Origin: a virus
IMG/VR virus record: IMGVR_UViG_3300030106_006724
Span: 1 to 64,000 of that record
Strand: one strand, 5' to 3'
DNA: 64,000 bases
How positions within the stretch are numbered: position 1 is the stretch's first letter; each line of letters begins with the position of its first letter. Of the stretch, positions 19,814-29,318 are shown in pieces. The notes beneath the pieces are model-generated. The model saw only the letters and a list, made by a program, of their open reading frames with translations. It searched no databases and had not been told where the DNA came from. Position numbers and translations under genes: made by a program.

Positions 19814-20533
19814 GTGAAAAATTTTGATATTTTAAGAACATCAGAATACGTAGTTACTGAAAGTAAACTTGTAAATAGCTTTAAGTCTAAATTTGAGTAT
19901 ATAGATATCAAAGTTGATCCTAATAATTATAGAGAAACTTATATTTTAAATAACGGAAACGAACCTCAAATTAGATATCAAATGCAATCCCAAGTTAGGA
20001 AGACAAAACTACAAGATATCTTAGTATATTTAAATTTTCCTATTAATTTTTTTAGTGATGATATTAAATCTACTACTCATGGTAATTTTGATTATAGTTT
20101 AGTAAAGCAATTCTGCGAAGAATTAGATATAGAAAATATTACTGGAAAAGAAATAGCTGAAAAATCAGGAGAATGGCGAGATCAATTCTTACCTGAACAG
20201 TATTGGTCTTTTATAAAATATGGACAATTAGGGGTTCCTTTAATTGATAGACCTCATCAATTATTTTTCGGTTCTTCTCATAGTTTATTTTCAGCTCATC
20301 TTGCTAAATTTAAATCAATGCCTTTATATATTCAAATTCCTAAACCTAAGAAAAAGTGGTTTATGAAGATGCCAGGTACAGTTTTTAAATCTAAATTTAC
20401 TTATTTATTTTATATAGATTTAGAGGAGAAAAGTTTATGGGGTAAAAAATCTTATGATCCTAATAGTTTAGGAGAAGGTTATGAGTTTAACGATGATGAA
20501 AAAAATTTAAATAACTATACTAAGTTGTTATGA
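19814..20533 (+). CDS. Hypothetical protein
   Basis: 239 aa ORF with GTG start. Confidence 0.55.
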   Translation: MKNFDILRTSEYVVTESKLVNSFKSKFEYIDIKVDPNNYRETYILNNGNEPQIRYQMQSQVRKTKLQDILVYLNFPINFFSDDIKSTTHGNFDYSLVKQFCEELDIENITGKEIAEKSGEWRDQFLPEQYWSFIKYGQLGVPLIDRPHQLFFGSSHSLFSAHLAKFKSMPLYIQIPKPKKKWFMKMPGTVFKSKFTYLFYIDLEEKSLWGKKSYDPNSLGEGYEFNDDEKNLNNYTKLL

Positions 20534-20688
20534 TTAAAATAGATGTAAAAAAAGGTGATACTATTTTAGTAGGTCGCTTTAAAAATAAAAGAACTAAAGT
20601 AAAAACTATAGAGTATGATGAATTCGGTATGCCTATAATAAACGGTAGACCTGCTTGTACTTTTAGACTAGTAAAAAACCCAAGATAA
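20530..20688 (+). CDS. Small hypothetical protein (52 aa), not in ORF track
   Basis: MIKIDVKKGDTILVGRFKNKRTKV...GMPIINGR; fills the gap and overlaps both neighbours (ATGA/TAATG). Confidence 0.7.
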   Translation: MIKIDVKKGDTILVGRFKNKRTKVKTIEYDEFGMPIINGRPACTFRLVKNPR

Positions 20689-22346
20689 TGTTACAATTAG
20701 GAATATCAGCCTTTTACCATGATTCTGCAGCTTGTATAGTTAAACATGGCGAAGTATTAGCAGCAGCTGAAGAAGAAAGATTTACTGAAATAAAACACGA
20801 TTCTTCTTTCCCTATTAATGCAATAGCATATGTATTATCAGAAGTAGGTATAGAAGATATAAACGATATAGATGAAGTATGTTGGTATGAAAAACCTAAA
20901 GTTAAAAAAAATAGGGTACTTAGAACGTTTAACAAGCATTTTTTCAAAACTTTTAAAAATAGACTTATTTTTCTTTATAACTATTATTTTAATTCTCCTA
21001 AAAATTTACTTAAACGTCATTTCCAATATAAAGGTATAATTAAATATACTGATCATCATTTATCTCATGCCGGTTTTAGTTATTATACCAGTCCTTTTAA
21101 AAATGCTGCTATTTTAACTGTAGACGGTGTTGGAGAATGGGAAACTATTACTATTTCTAAAGGTGAAGGTGCTGATATTACTAAAATGTATAGTATAGAC
21201 TTTCCTAATTCTTTAGGTATGCTGTATTCAACTGTAACAGCATTTCTAGGATTTAAACCTAACGAAGGAGAATACAAAGTTATGGGTTTAGCTCCTTTTG
21301 GAGATCCTTTAAAATATATTAATAAGCTATCTAAAATATTCGATAGAAAAGGTAATATTGATCAAAAATACTTTACATGGGAATATTCTGAAAAAATAAT
21401 GTTCAATATAGAATTTTGTAAACTTTTAGGATTACCTCCTAGATTTAAAGAAGAACCTATAACTCAAGATCATAAAGATTTAGCAGCAGCATTACAAAAA
21501 GTATACGAAAGAGAATTTGAAAAATTAGTACATAAAGCAAAAAAGTTAACTGGATCCCCTAATATTTGCTTAGGAGGCGGCTGCGCTTATAACGGAGTAG
21601 CTAATGTACTTGCCTATAATCATTTTAGATCAGTATATATTCCTTTTGCTCCTTCTGATGCTGGGTCTGCTATAGGAGCTTGTCTAATAAATAATCCTAT
21701 CTCAGGGTATGCAACTGATAATGGTTGTCCTTATTTAGGTAATGGTTATACTAATGAAGAAATTGAAAATATATTAGATAATTACAAAGATAAAGTTAAA
21801 GTACAATTATTTAATGAGAGTACTCTATTAGAAAAAACAGCTGAAATAATTAACGATCAGAAGATAGTTGCTTGGTTTCAAGGAAGAATGGAATTCGGTG
21901 CAAGAGCATTAGGAAATAGATCAATATTAGCTTCTCCTAGGGATGCAAGTATGAGAGATAAACTAAATAGAGTAATTAAAAAGAGAGAAGGATTTAGACC
22001 TTTTGCTCCTTCAGTTACAGTTAATCAAGCTTCTAAATGGTTTAATTTAAAACAAAGCGTACCGTATATGAATATAGTTTTACAAGCTAAGACTAATAAG
22101 TTTAAAGCAGCAACTCATATAGATGGATCATGTAGAGTACAGACAGTTGATAAATATCGAAATCCATTATATTTTAAACTAATAAAAGAAATAGGTAAAA
22201 AATCAGGTGCTGAAGTAGTTTTAAATACTTCATATAATCTAAAGGACCAGACTATTACTAGAACACCTCAACAAGCTATAGAAAGATTTTTAGATTCAGA
22301 TATAGATAATTTAGTTATAAATAAATTTTTAATTAGTAAAAAATGA
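20688..22346 (+). CDS. Second carbamoyltransferase (NodU/CmcH family)
   Basis: YHDSAA, EEERF, HHLSHA, DGVGE, GEYKVMGLA, EFGARALGNRS. Confidence 0.92.
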   Translation: MLQLGISAFYHDSAACIVKHGEVLAAAEEERFTEIKHDSSFPINAIAYVLSEVGIEDINDIDEVCWYEKPKVKKNRVLRTFNKHFFKTFKNRLIFLYNYYFNSPKNLLKRHFQYKGIIKYTDHHLSHAGFSYYTSPFKNAAILTVDGVGEWETITISKGEGADITKMYSIDFPNSLGMLYSTVTAFLGFKPNEGEYKVMGLAPFGDPLKYINKLSKIFDRKGNIDQKYFTWEYSEKIMFNIEFCKLLGLPPRFKEEPITQDHKDLAAALQKVYEREFEKLVHKAKKLTGSPNICLGGGCAYNGVANVLAYNHFRSVYIPFAPSDAGSAIGACLINNPISGYATDNGCPYLGNGYTNEEIENILDNYKDKVKVQLFNESTLLEKTAEIINDQKIVAWFQGRMEFGARALGNRSILASPRDASMRDKLNRVIKKREGFRPFAPSVTVNQASKWFNLKQSVPYMNIVLQAKTNKFKAATHIDGSCRVQTVDKYRNPLYFKLIKEIGKKSGAEVVLNTSYNLKDQTITRTPQQAIERFLDSDIDNLVINKFLISKK

Positions 22347-23107
22347 GATTAACAGGTACTGAAAATGTAAGAATAGTAGGAATACCTAAAAATGCAAGTC
22401 AATCTATTAAGAGAATAGGTTTAGATAACCCTAATATTTTTAACTGGGACTACGATATACCGAATGCTAATAGAGAAAAACATATACATTTTACTGAAAA
22501 AGAATTCTACAAAGAAGATTTAACAGTAATATTTCCTTTTAGAAACGAATGGGAAAGAGTAAAAAGCAATTTCCTTCAATTTTTTAGAGATCATTTAGAG
22601 TTAATAGGAGCATTTGATTCTCGAGATGAAGAAAAAAGTTATAAACGAGTTTTACATTTTATAAAAACCAGTCTTAAACGTCCTGAGCTTAATATAACTA
22701 ATAACCCTCGTAATCTAGTTATTAATACTGAATTAGATAATAGATTAAGTTATTTTAATGAAACAGTATTCAATTTTTTTATAGATAATATTTTTAATAA
22801 CAGTAACTGGAAAGGTATGAAGATGTACTTTGTTGATTTAGAAGCTTTACGTAAACAGCAATTTATAGATTGGCTTATAAAGTTAGATAGTAGATTTGAG
22901 GGTTGTACTGTTCCTGAAGCTAATTTAGCTTCTTCTAATTGGCATAAAACTTTAATAGTTAAAGCATTTAATGAAGTTCGAGATGAAAAACTATATTTAG
23001 ATTATACTAAATTATCTGACTGGAATACTAACGTTAAAGTTAATGTTGATAATAGTAGCAAGATTTGGAGATTGATAAAAAATACTAATTATTATAAAAG
23101 TATATAA
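22343..23107 (+). CDS. Sulfotransferase family 2-like protein
   Basis: IPKNASQSI 5'-PSB-like loop; RNEWERVKS 3'-PB-like motif. Confidence 0.55.
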   Translation: MRLTGTENVRIVGIPKNASQSIKRIGLDNPNIFNWDYDIPNANREKHIHFTEKEFYKEDLTVIFPFRNEWERVKSNFLQFFRDHLELIGAFDSRDEEKSYKRVLHFIKTSLKRPELNITNNPRNLVINTELDNRLSYFNETVFNFFIDNIFNNSNWKGMKMYFVDLEALRKQQFIDWLIKLDSRFEGCTVPEANLASSNWHKTLIVKAFNEVRDEKLYLDYTKLSDWNTNVKVNVDNSSKIWRLIKNTNYYKSI

Positions 23108-23223
23108 TGAAAGAAGATAAAACTAAAGAGCAAATAGAGAAAGAAAAGAAGCTAGAAGAAGAATTTCAAAAAAAATTGAAAGAGCTTAAAAAAAGAGATC
23201 CATTTATTTATAAAAATTTTTAG
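23107..23223 (+). CDS. Tiny charged protein (38 aa), not in ORF track
   Basis: MKEDKTKE...LKKRDPFIYKNF; TAATG coupling. Confidence 0.55.
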   Translation: MKEDKTKEQIEKEKKLEEEFQKKLKELKKRDPFIYKNF

Positions 23224-23227
23224 TAAT

Positions 23228-23260
23228 AGTTGGATAATAGAATATTTATACTTATATTAT
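23228..23260 (+). promoter_or_regulatory. Promoter motif class A heading the queD/queE operon
   Basis: TTGGAT 23230-23235, 17 nt, TATATT 23253-23258. Confidence 0.8.
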
Positions 23261-23269
23261 AGTATAATT

Positions 23270-23299
23270 AGTGTCGTAGCACCACTTTAAAAACACAAG
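23270..23299 (+). ncRNA. preQ1-I riboswitch-like aptamer
   Basis: AGTG-TCG-TAG-CA-C-CACT-TTAAAAACA-CAAG between promoter and ATG; matches class I preQ1 pseudoknot layout. Confidence 0.6.
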
Positions 23300-23300
23300 A

Positions 23301-23561
23301 ATGAAAAAAGACGTATTAAAGGTTATAGAAAAAGAACTCTACGATAGAGATCTAAGATACAATTCACACAAAGAAGTTAACCTCGAAAACTTACCGAATA
23401 CCACCGAATATCCGGATGCTAAATTACACCAGATAATATCATTTATAAAATCTGGTATTAGGATAGCAGCTTGTATTGCTGGTATTATGGGCTACATATG
23501 GATTGGTTTCTTAGGACTTGCTATTGCAGAGGTAGTTGGTATAATAGAAGAATTAGTTTAG
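23301..23561 (+). CDS. Small membrane protein
   Basis: C-terminal hydrophobic hairpin (SFIKSGIRI...AEVVGIIEELV). Confidence 0.65.
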   Translation: MKKDVLKVIEKELYDRDLRYNSHKEVNLENLPNTTEYPDAKLHQIISFIKSGIRIAACIAGIMGYIWIGFLGLAIAEVVGIIEELV

Positions 23562-23563
23562 TT

Positions 23564-24040
23564 ATGAATAAGAATAAATTTTTATCTACAAAAGTATTTG
23601 ATGGATTTAGTACAGTATTTCGTCAATGGAAAGCAGAAACTACTCACTGTAAATTTTTACACGGATATGGAGTATCTTTTAAGATTTGGTTCGAAGGGGA
23701 ATTAGATGAAAGAAACTGGGTATGGGATTTCGGTGGAATGAAAAGAGCCAAAGGAACTATTGATGGTAGATCTCCTAAAGAGTGGTTTGATTATATGTTT
23801 GATCATACATTTATAGTAGCAGAAGATGATCCATATTTAGAATCTTTTAATAAGATGGACGATGCTGAAGTTGCACAGGTTAGAGTAGTAGAAGCAACTG
23901 GAGCTGAAAAATTTGCTGAATTAGTTTATTATAAAGTTAATGAATTCATTACTTTAGAAACTGAAGGCAGAGTAAAAATAGCGAGAGTAGAATTTAGAGA
24001 GCACGGTAAAAATAGTGCTATATTTGAACCTAGTATATAA
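23564..24040 (+). CDS. queD: 6-carboxy-tetrahydropterin synthase (divergent)
   Basis: HCKFLHGY, DFGG, FDH, AE, E-x4-SA; start moved to ATG 23564. Confidence 0.85.
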   Translation: MNKNKFLSTKVFDGFSTVFRQWKAETTHCKFLHGYGVSFKIWFEGELDERNWVWDFGGMKRAKGTIDGRSPKEWFDYMFDHTFIVAEDDPYLESFNKMDDAEVAQVRVVEATGAEKFAELVYYKVNEFITLETEGRVKIARVEFREHGKNSAIFEPSI

Positions 24041-24042
24041 TA

Positions 24043-24819
24043 ATGTTAGGACGAGTTAAGAACTACGATAAAACCCTACCTATAGTTGAAGTGTATACTG
24101 CAGTTCAATCAGAAGGAAGTAGAGCTGGGTATCCTACAGTAGTTATTAGAACTACAGGATGTACTCATAGATGTTATTTTGGAGAAGGAGGATGGTGTGA
24201 TTCTTGGTATACTAGTATTCATGCTGAAAAAGGTAAATATACTTTTAATGATATTATTAAGATGTATGATGATAATCCTCAAATATCAGAAATGATGCTA
24301 ACAGGAGGTTCTCCTACTATGCATAAAAAACTAGTTAATGAATTAACACATTTTGCACATGAAAGAGATATTTTTATTACTATTGAGACTGAAGGTAGCC
24401 ATTTTCTTCCTACTGATTACCCTATTAACTTGCTTTCTATTAGTCCCAAGCTTAGTAATAGCGTCCCCGTACTTGGTGTACTTACTCCTCAAGGGGCAGT
24501 AACAGATCAAAAAATGATTGATAGACATAATAAATTTAGATTAAATTATGATGCTATCTCTAAACAAATTGAATATCATTCAGATTATCATATAAAACCT
24601 GTATGGGACGGTAAAGATCAAGATGCATTAAATGAAATAATGGACTTCATTGAAAAATTAAATATACCAAGGGATAAAGTATGGTTTATGCCTGCAGGTG
24701 ATAGTAGAGAATCTCTTTTTAAGTCATACCCAGTACTTTTTGATTGGGTTAGAGATAACGGTTATAGAATGACATGGAGACCTCATATTATAGCATTTGA
24801 AGATAAAAGAGAAGTTTAA
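24043..24819 (+). CDS. queE: 7-carboxy-7-deazaguanine synthase (radical SAM)
   Basis: QSEG, RTTGC, CX3CX7C, LTGG, ETEG, SPK. Confidence 0.88.
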   Translation: MLGRVKNYDKTLPIVEVYTAVQSEGSRAGYPTVVIRTTGCTHRCYFGEGGWCDSWYTSIHAEKGKYTFNDIIKMYDDNPQISEMMLTGGSPTMHKKLVNELTHFAHERDIFITIETEGSHFLPTDYPINLLSISPKLSNSVPVLGVLTPQGAVTDQKMIDRHNKFRLNYDAISKQIEYHSDYHIKPVWDGKDQDALNEIMDFIEKLNIPRDKVWFMPAGDSRESLFKSYPVLFDWVRDNGYRMTWRPHIIAFEDKREV

Positions 24820-25217
24820 TGGATAAAACTTTTATTACATGGAATCAGGTAAATAAATTACTCGACAAAATCCATGACCAAACTCAAGGAGGATTTGATT
24901 ATGTTTCTGGAATACCTAGAGGGGGATTAATTTTGGCAGTATTGTATTCGCATAGATTTGGAGTTGAATTTATGGAATACCCTAGTAATCATTATCATAA
25001 TTTATTAATTTTAGATGATATAGCTGATAGTGGTAAAACATTAAAAAAATGGACTGAAAAATTAAATATTCCTTACTTTGCTACTCTTCATTATAAGAGA
25101 AGTTCATGCGTAGAACCAGATTTTTACGGCAGAAAAATGATAAAAGAAGATAGATGGATAGTATATCCTTGGGAAAATAAAGACTCAAAAACTATACAAA
25201 ATTATTTGGAAAATTAA
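24819..25217 (+). CDS. Type I phosphoribosyltransferase (Gpt-like)
   Basis: GIPRGG, ILDDIADSGKT, WIVYPWE. Confidence 0.85.
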   Translation: MDKTFITWNQVNKLLDKIHDQTQGGFDYVSGIPRGGLILAVLYSHRFGVEFMEYPSNHYHNLLILDDIADSGKTLKKWTEKLNIPYFATLHYKRSSCVEPDFYGRKMIKEDRWIVYPWENKDSKTIQNYLEN

Positions 25218-25237
25218 ATAAAATTACTTATATTATA
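25205..25237 (+). promoter_or_regulatory. Promoter motif class A (near-leaderless folE2 mRNA)
   Basis: TTGGAA 25206-25211, 17 nt, TATATT 25229-25234; ATG at 25241. Confidence 0.7.
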
Positions 25238-25240
25238 GAT

Positions 25241-26260
25241 ATGAAAGACGATAAAGCAAAAGGTTACGAATGGATAGGAGATGCAGACGAAACTGTAGAA
25301 GCTCCAGCTAATGAACATTCAGTGAAATACTACGAACCTGATAGAGATTATGATTCTAAATATAATCCTACTAAAGATGATATTAAAACGTTTCCTGATC
25401 TTCAAAATGGTCCTTCTTCTTTGATTCAAGGGTCTCCTGTCGCTATACAGCAGGTAGGTATTCATAATTTTAGATTACCTTTAAAGTATAGCAAGAGAGG
25501 AGGTGGTGATATAGAATTAGAAACTAAAGTTACTGGTACGGTTTCTTTAGCGGCTCATAAAAAAGGTATTAATATGTCTCGTATCATGAGATCATTTTAT
25601 GAATATAAAGATGATTATGTATATGACAAGTTAGATGAAATATTATTAAAGTATAAAGAAAATTTAGAGACCTTTGATGCTAAAATAGGATTACATTTTT
25701 CTTACCCTATATTACAACCTTCATTAAGATCAGATAATGCAGGTTATCAATATTATAACTGTACTTTAGAAGGTAATATAGATGATAAAGGTAATTTTAG
25801 AAAGTTTTTACATTTCGATTTCGTTTATTCATCTGCTTGTCCTTGTTCTTATGAATTAGCAGAGCATGCTAGAAAATATAGAAATAAAGCAACAGTATCT
25901 CATTCTCAAAGATCTGTAGCAAGAATATCTATTGAATTTGACGATATAGTATGGATTGAAGATTTACAAGAGATGTGTGCTAATGCTCTACAGACTGAAA
26001 CTCAAGTAGTTGTTAAAAGAGAAGATGAGATGGCATTTGCTGAATTAAATGGTTCTTATCTTAAGTTTGTAGAAGATGCTGCTAGATTACTATATGAGCA
26101 GTTAATAGAGGATAAAAGAGTAAAAGATTTTAGAGTTATTTGTTCTCATCAAGAGTCATTACATTCTCATGATGCTGTTTCAGTAATTACAGCTCCTGAT
26201 AGTGAATTTTGTCAAGATGTTCCTCATGAGTTATGGTCAAGTTTAATTCATATATCATAA
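25241..26260 (+). CDS. folE2: GTP cyclohydrolase IB
   Basis: PDLQ, KGINMSR, SACPCS, HSQRS, KREDE, FVED, ESLHSH. Confidence 0.92.
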   Translation: MKDDKAKGYEWIGDADETVEAPANEHSVKYYEPDRDYDSKYNPTKDDIKTFPDLQNGPSSLIQGSPVAIQQVGIHNFRLPLKYSKRGGGDIELETKVTGTVSLAAHKKGINMSRIMRSFYEYKDDYVYDKLDEILLKYKENLETFDAKIGLHFSYPILQPSLRSDNAGYQYYNCTLEGNIDDKGNFRKFLHFDFVYSSACPCSYELAEHARKYRNKATVSHSQRSVARISIEFDDIVWIEDLQEMCANALQTETQVVVKREDEMAFAELNGSYLKFVEDAARLLYEQLIEDKRVKDFRVICSHQESLHSHDAVSVITAPDSEFCQDVPHELWSSLIHIS

Positions 26261-26796
26261 TGTCTAAAATTGAAGAATTAAAAAAATTATGTGGTGAGTT
26301 AAGAACTTTAACTGAACAGACTTTTGATGAGGTTAAGAGTGATAAATATTCTAAATATGAAGATGCTTTAAGATCTTTTATTGATAAGTATGAAATAGAT
26401 CATAGACCATGGGGTAAGTACGAAGTAATGTACAGTAGTCCTTTTGTAAAAGTAAAGAAGATAATAGTTAAACCTCGAGGTATATTATCTTATCAGTATC
26501 ATGATCAAAGAACTGAGGATTGGATAATTACTAGAGGAAGCGCTAAAATAGTACTTGATGATGAAGAGGTATGGAGAACTGAAGGAGAAAGAATTAGAAT
26601 AAAAGTAGGACAGAAGCATAGAGTTAGTAATCCTAGTTTTGATAATATATTAGAATTTATAGAAGTGCAAACAGGAACTTACTTTGGAGAAGATGATATA
26701 ATCAGAATAGAAGATGATTATGGTAGATTAGAAGACGAGCATTTAAGAGATCATGATATAAAAGGAGGAATAATTAATAGTTATGAAAAAAAATAA
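26260..26796 (+). CDS. Cupin, mannose-6-phosphate isomerase type II C-terminal-like
   Basis: RPWGKY, LSYQYH, HR, EVQTG.YFGEDDI; start moved to ATG 26260. Confidence 0.85.
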   Translation: MSKIEELKKLCGELRTLTEQTFDEVKSDKYSKYEDALRSFIDKYEIDHRPWGKYEVMYSSPFVKVKKIIVKPRGILSYQYHDQRTEDWIITRGSAKIVLDDEEVWRTEGERIRIKVGQKHRVSNPSFDNILEFIEVQTGTYFGEDDIIRIEDDYGRLEDEHLRDHDIKGGIINSYEKK

Positions 26797-26962
26797 AAGT
26801 TTAGCAGAATATATAGTTGAAATAGATGGTAAGCAATATGTACCTTACAGTAAAGCTGTAGAGGCGATAATGCAATCCGTAAGTAGAGAAGTAAGAGAAG
26901 CTATGGATGAAGTAGCTTCCGGAATGAAGGATGTAAATAGTTTATTAGAAGATAATGATTAA
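26783..26962 (+). CDS. Small hypothetical protein (59 aa), not in ORF track
   Basis: MKKNKSLAEYIVEIDGKQYVPY...; fills gap. Confidence 0.6.
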   Translation: MKKNKSLAEYIVEIDGKQYVPYSKAVEAIMQSVSREVREAMDEVASGMKDVNSLLEDND

Positions 26963-27770
26963 AATAGCGCACGAATCTCCTAAGAGTATTTTTGATGATG
27001 TACAGAAAGTAACTGACTACGATTACGCTCTAGTTCATTTATTAGAAGAAGACGAACAGTATCTTAAGCATTTTCAACAAGCTATTAAAAAAGGAAGAGA
27101 AGTAATTTTAGATAATTCAATATTTGAATTAGAAGAAGCTTTTGAAGCTGAAAAATTTGCATACTGGGTTGAAAAATTAAGACCTGAATGGTATATAGTA
27201 CCTGATGCTTTAGAAAACTCTCTTCTTACCATGGCTCAGATGGAAAAATGGAACTCTCAGTATAAAAACCTTCCCGGTAAAAAAATTGGAGTAGTACAAG
27301 GTCAAACTTATCAATCTATTATAGACTGTTATAAGTATATGGATTATGTAGCTGATGTTGATATGATAGCTATATCATTTGATTACTCTTATTATACCGA
27401 ATCAGTACCTCATGCTAATAAGTACGTTAGTTGGATGTTAGGTAGAATAAAATTATTAGGAGACTTACTTAAGCATGGTATAATAAATAAAAATAAACCT
27501 CATCACCTTTTAGGATGTGGATTACCTCAAGAATTTAGCTTTTATAAACATTCAGATTACGATTGGTTATACTCTTTAGATACTTCTAATCCAGTAGTTC
27601 ACGGTATCAAAGGTATTAAATATGGTGATGATGGTTTGTGGAGCAAAGAATCTCAAAAACTTTATGAATTAATTAATTATGAAGTTGAAGATACTAATAT
27701 AATAATGAATAATATACAAAAATTTAGATGGTTAACTAATGGGAGACACAAAGTGGATATCGTTCTTTAG
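26955..27770 (+). CDS. dpdA: TGT-fold guanine transglycosylase, DpdA (DpdA3-like)
   Basis: VILDNS, VPD, GVVQG, HLLG, SLDTS motifs; located within que cluster. Confidence 0.75.
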   Translation: MIKIAHESPKSIFDDVQKVTDYDYALVHLLEEDEQYLKHFQQAIKKGREVILDNSIFELEEAFEAEKFAYWVEKLRPEWYIVPDALENSLLTMAQMEKWNSQYKNLPGKKIGVVQGQTYQSIIDCYKYMDYVADVDMIAISFDYSYYTESVPHANKYVSWMLGRIKLLGDLLKHGIINKNKPHHLLGCGLPQEFSFYKHSDYDWLYSLDTSNPVVHGIKGIKYGDDGLWSKESQKLYELINYEVEDTNIIMNNIQKFRWLTNGRHKVDIVL

Positions 27771-28302
27771 TCAAACAGGATCTGAAATAGCTGATATATC
27801 TGAAGCATTAGGACAAGCTCCTGATGTTATTATTACTAATGATAGACCCGATCATCTTAGAACTATAGATGAAAGAATAGAAAAGCAAGGTTATTTTACC
27901 TGGGCTAATAAACCTTCAGAAGAAGATTATATTAGTTTATTAGAAGCTTATCCTGATGCAATAGTTACTTTACATGGTTGGTTAAGAATAGTACCTCCGT
28001 ATGTCTGTGAACGTTCTAAAATTTATAACGGTCATCCCGGTCTGATAACTAAATATCCAGAACTAAAAGGTAAAGATCCTCAAGAGAAAGCTTTTAAATT
28101 ACAACACGAAGTTATGGGGTGTGTACTTCATGAGGTTTCTCCTGGAGTAGATGAAGGGAAAATACTAATGGAAGAAAGATTTAACTCTCATGGGTTGGAT
28201 CTTAACGGAGTTTTTCGTACCTTAAGAGATAGAAGTTTATACATGTGGATTAAATTTTTAAGAATAGCTTTAATTCATCAAAATTATTATAATGATAACT
28301 AG
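27739..28302 (+). CDS. dpdN: PurN-like formyltransferase (DpdN-like preQ1 formyltransferase)
   Basis: FSQTGS, LHGWLRI, NGHPG, H-E-V..GVDEG; overlaps dpdA. Confidence 0.75.
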   Translation: MGDTKWISFFSQTGSEIADISEALGQAPDVIITNDRPDHLRTIDERIEKQGYFTWANKPSEEDYISLLEAYPDAIVTLHGWLRIVPPYVCERSKIYNGHPGLITKYPELKGKDPQEKAFKLQHEVMGCVLHEVSPGVDEGKILMEERFNSHGLDLNGVFRTLRDRSLYMWIKFLRIALIHQNYYNDN

Positions 28303-28813
28303 AATAGCTTTAGTAGGAGCAAGTAGTACAGGAAAAACTACTGTATTTGAATTACTTAAAAATAAATTACCTAAGTATGAATTCGTTAATGAATCGACTC
28401 GTACTATAGGTAACTATGGTTTTCCTATAAATGAACAAGGTACTGATGCTACTCAATTAGCTATTAGTAGCTTTCATTTAGAAGCTTTACTTCAACCTAA
28501 TAATTTAGTATTAGATAGATGCTATATGGATGTAGTAGTTTATTCTAAATTTATGGAAAATTTAAGAGCTAGAACTTATAATTATATTGAAGATACTTGG
28601 AATAGAATAAAAAAAGAGTATACTCATTATATTTATTTTCCTATTGAATTTGATTCAGTTGATGATGGAGTAAGGAGTATAGATGAGACTTGGAGAAAAG
28701 ATATAGATGATGAATTCCAAGCTGTATTAGAAGGAGTACGAAAACCTTATTTAACTGTTACTGGATCCCCGATGCAGAGAATTGAACAAATATTAAAATT
28801 TATAAATGAGTAA
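28292..28813 (+). CDS. P-loop nucleotide kinase-like ATPase (NadR/AAA_28 type)
   Basis: GASSTGKTT, LDR, DDGVR. Confidence 0.75.
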   Translation: MITRIALVGASSTGKTTVFELLKNKLPKYEFVNESTRTIGNYGFPINEQGTDATQLAISSFHLEALLQPNNLVLDRCYMDVVVYSKFMENLRARTYNYIEDTWNRIKKEYTHYIYFPIEFDSVDDGVRSIDETWRKDIDDEFQAVLEGVRKPYLTVTGSPMQRIEQILKFINE

Positions 28814-29318
28814 ACAATTAGAACTAGACTTTGGCGGTCCTGAAAAATATGTACCTTTCGTTTCAGAGGTAGAAGAATTTAATGCCACGTTTGGCAAACC
28901 TAATAATTATGAACCAACTATTCCAGAGAAAAAAGAATGGCAATTCGTCTATGACTTTATTCTCGAAGAACTTGAAGAATATAGAGAAGCTTGCGAAAGA
29001 GGAGACATCGTCGAAGTTTTGGATGCTCTTTGCGATATTGCTTACGTTTCCATTGGGAACGGTACTATGTTACATGGCCTTAAGGATAAGATATGGCCTG
29101 CTTATCAAGAAGTACAAGCGTCTAATATGTCAAAAGCTTGTACTACTGAAGAAGAAGCAAAAGAAACTGTCGCCCTCAGAACTAAAGAACAGGGTGAAGA
29201 GTGTTATTATGAAAAAGTAGGTGACTATTATATAGTATACCGAAAAAGAGATAAAAAGGTTATGAAATCTATAAATTATTTCAGACCAGATTTAAGTAAA
29301 TTTTTAAAAAATGTATAA
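28806..29318 (+). CDS. MazG-like/PRA-PH NTP pyrophosphohydrolase
   Basis: EELEEY, DALCD, VQASNMSK, KVMKS..YFRPD. Confidence 0.85.
   Translation: MSKQLELDFGGPEKYVPFVSEVEEFNATFGKPNNYEPTIPEKKEWQFVYDFILEELEEYREACERGDIVEVLDALCDIAYVSIGNGTMLHGLKDKIWPAYQEVQASNMSKACTTEEEAKETVALRTKEQGEECYYEKVGDYYIVYRKRDKKVMKSINYFRPDLSKFLKNV

Noticed and set aside
23471-23563. N-terminal extensions in the ORF track (queD 23471, cupin 26233, queF 29624, 44659, 56154, 57277, 58049, 62031)
   Set aside because: Extensions overlap upstream genes; downstream ATGs give coupled starts and family-typical N-termini
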